DNA from: Squalus acanthias | Taxonomy: Eukaryota | DNA length: 64,000 nucleotides | Direction of reading: 5' to 3' | Assembly (NCBI GenBank): GCA_030390025.1 | Contig: JASTWF010000036.1 | Coordinates: forward strand, 2,418,001-2,482,000 | Shown: positions 63,528 to 64,000 of the stretch, one piece after another | Numbering within the stretch: position 1 is the stretch's first letter | Layout: the number at the start of each line of letters is the position of its first letter | Notes under the pieces: generated by a model | What the model was told of the DNA's origin: nothing | Databases searched by the model: none | The model's input: only the letters and a program-made list of their open reading frames with translations | Translations under genes and position numbers: made by a program

Positions 63528-64000
63528 CTGCTATTCACACAGATAAATAAACATAGACACGTTTCAATTGGCGTTTCATTGACAATTTTACATAGATTGT
63601 ATGATGCAAAGGAATAAAAGTGATCTTAAAGAGGATTGGGTGAAATGGTGAGTTGGAACATTGTCCTTTCCCTTCACGGACATGGGTTGAAACCTTTTTG
63701 CCTACGATTGCTGAAATCTTTTGAAATGAAAGGGATTTGGGACAGTCTCAGTCTAGTTCTAATGGCTACAAATCCACATTGCATTACATAAATGTCGTGA
63801 GCTCACAAGAAATGTGTAGCATATATCATAATACATTAGGCTGAGCACATCTCGAGGTTAGTGCAGACAGCATATATTTGTACAGAGTTGATTGACTGAA
63901 TTAGATTATTTTGCGCTCACAAATGCTGATTTAACATGAAAAATGGAGGAATGGATGATTCAGATGCAAGCAGGCTACTTGACTTGGACTGTGAGTGCAG

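Noticed and set aside
14769-63546. Plus-strand ORFs overlapping channel exons (e.g. 14769-15071, 21278-21589, 63256-63546)
   Set aside because: They are antisense shadows of coding exons with no recognisable product.

Overview
Eukaryotic genomic DNA, most likely from a cartilaginous fish (shark-type CR1, L2, Deu-type SINE, Penelope and Harbinger repeats; this is inference). The whole window lies inside a voltage-gated sodium channel alpha-subunit gene on the minus strand whose peptide is diagnostic of SCN8A/Nav1.6. Eleven in-frame GT-AG coding exons run from the DI-DII loop (63527) to DIII S3-S4 (exon 18A, ending 8434). A recognisable stop-containing 18N poison exon (8850-8931) and a downstream cluster of RBFOX motifs are also present. 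The introns are dense in mobile elements, including a CR1 copy with an uninterrupted 845-codon ORF, a Gypsy relic and Harbinger relics. The most interesting unexplained signals are: (i) Penelope-type minimal hammerhead ribozyme motifs, one with an intact core in sense orientation in the SCN8A pre-mRNA; (ii) a repeat-poor block at about 52.5-56.4 kb with two candidate unannotated cassette exons and a 65-bp hairpin; (iii) a young inverted duplication with ~230-bp arms; (iv) inverted CR1 pairs bracketing exons. No prokaryotic system or CRISPR array is present. Repeat boundaries and family names are approximate and were read by eye; comparisons with human sequence are from memory.
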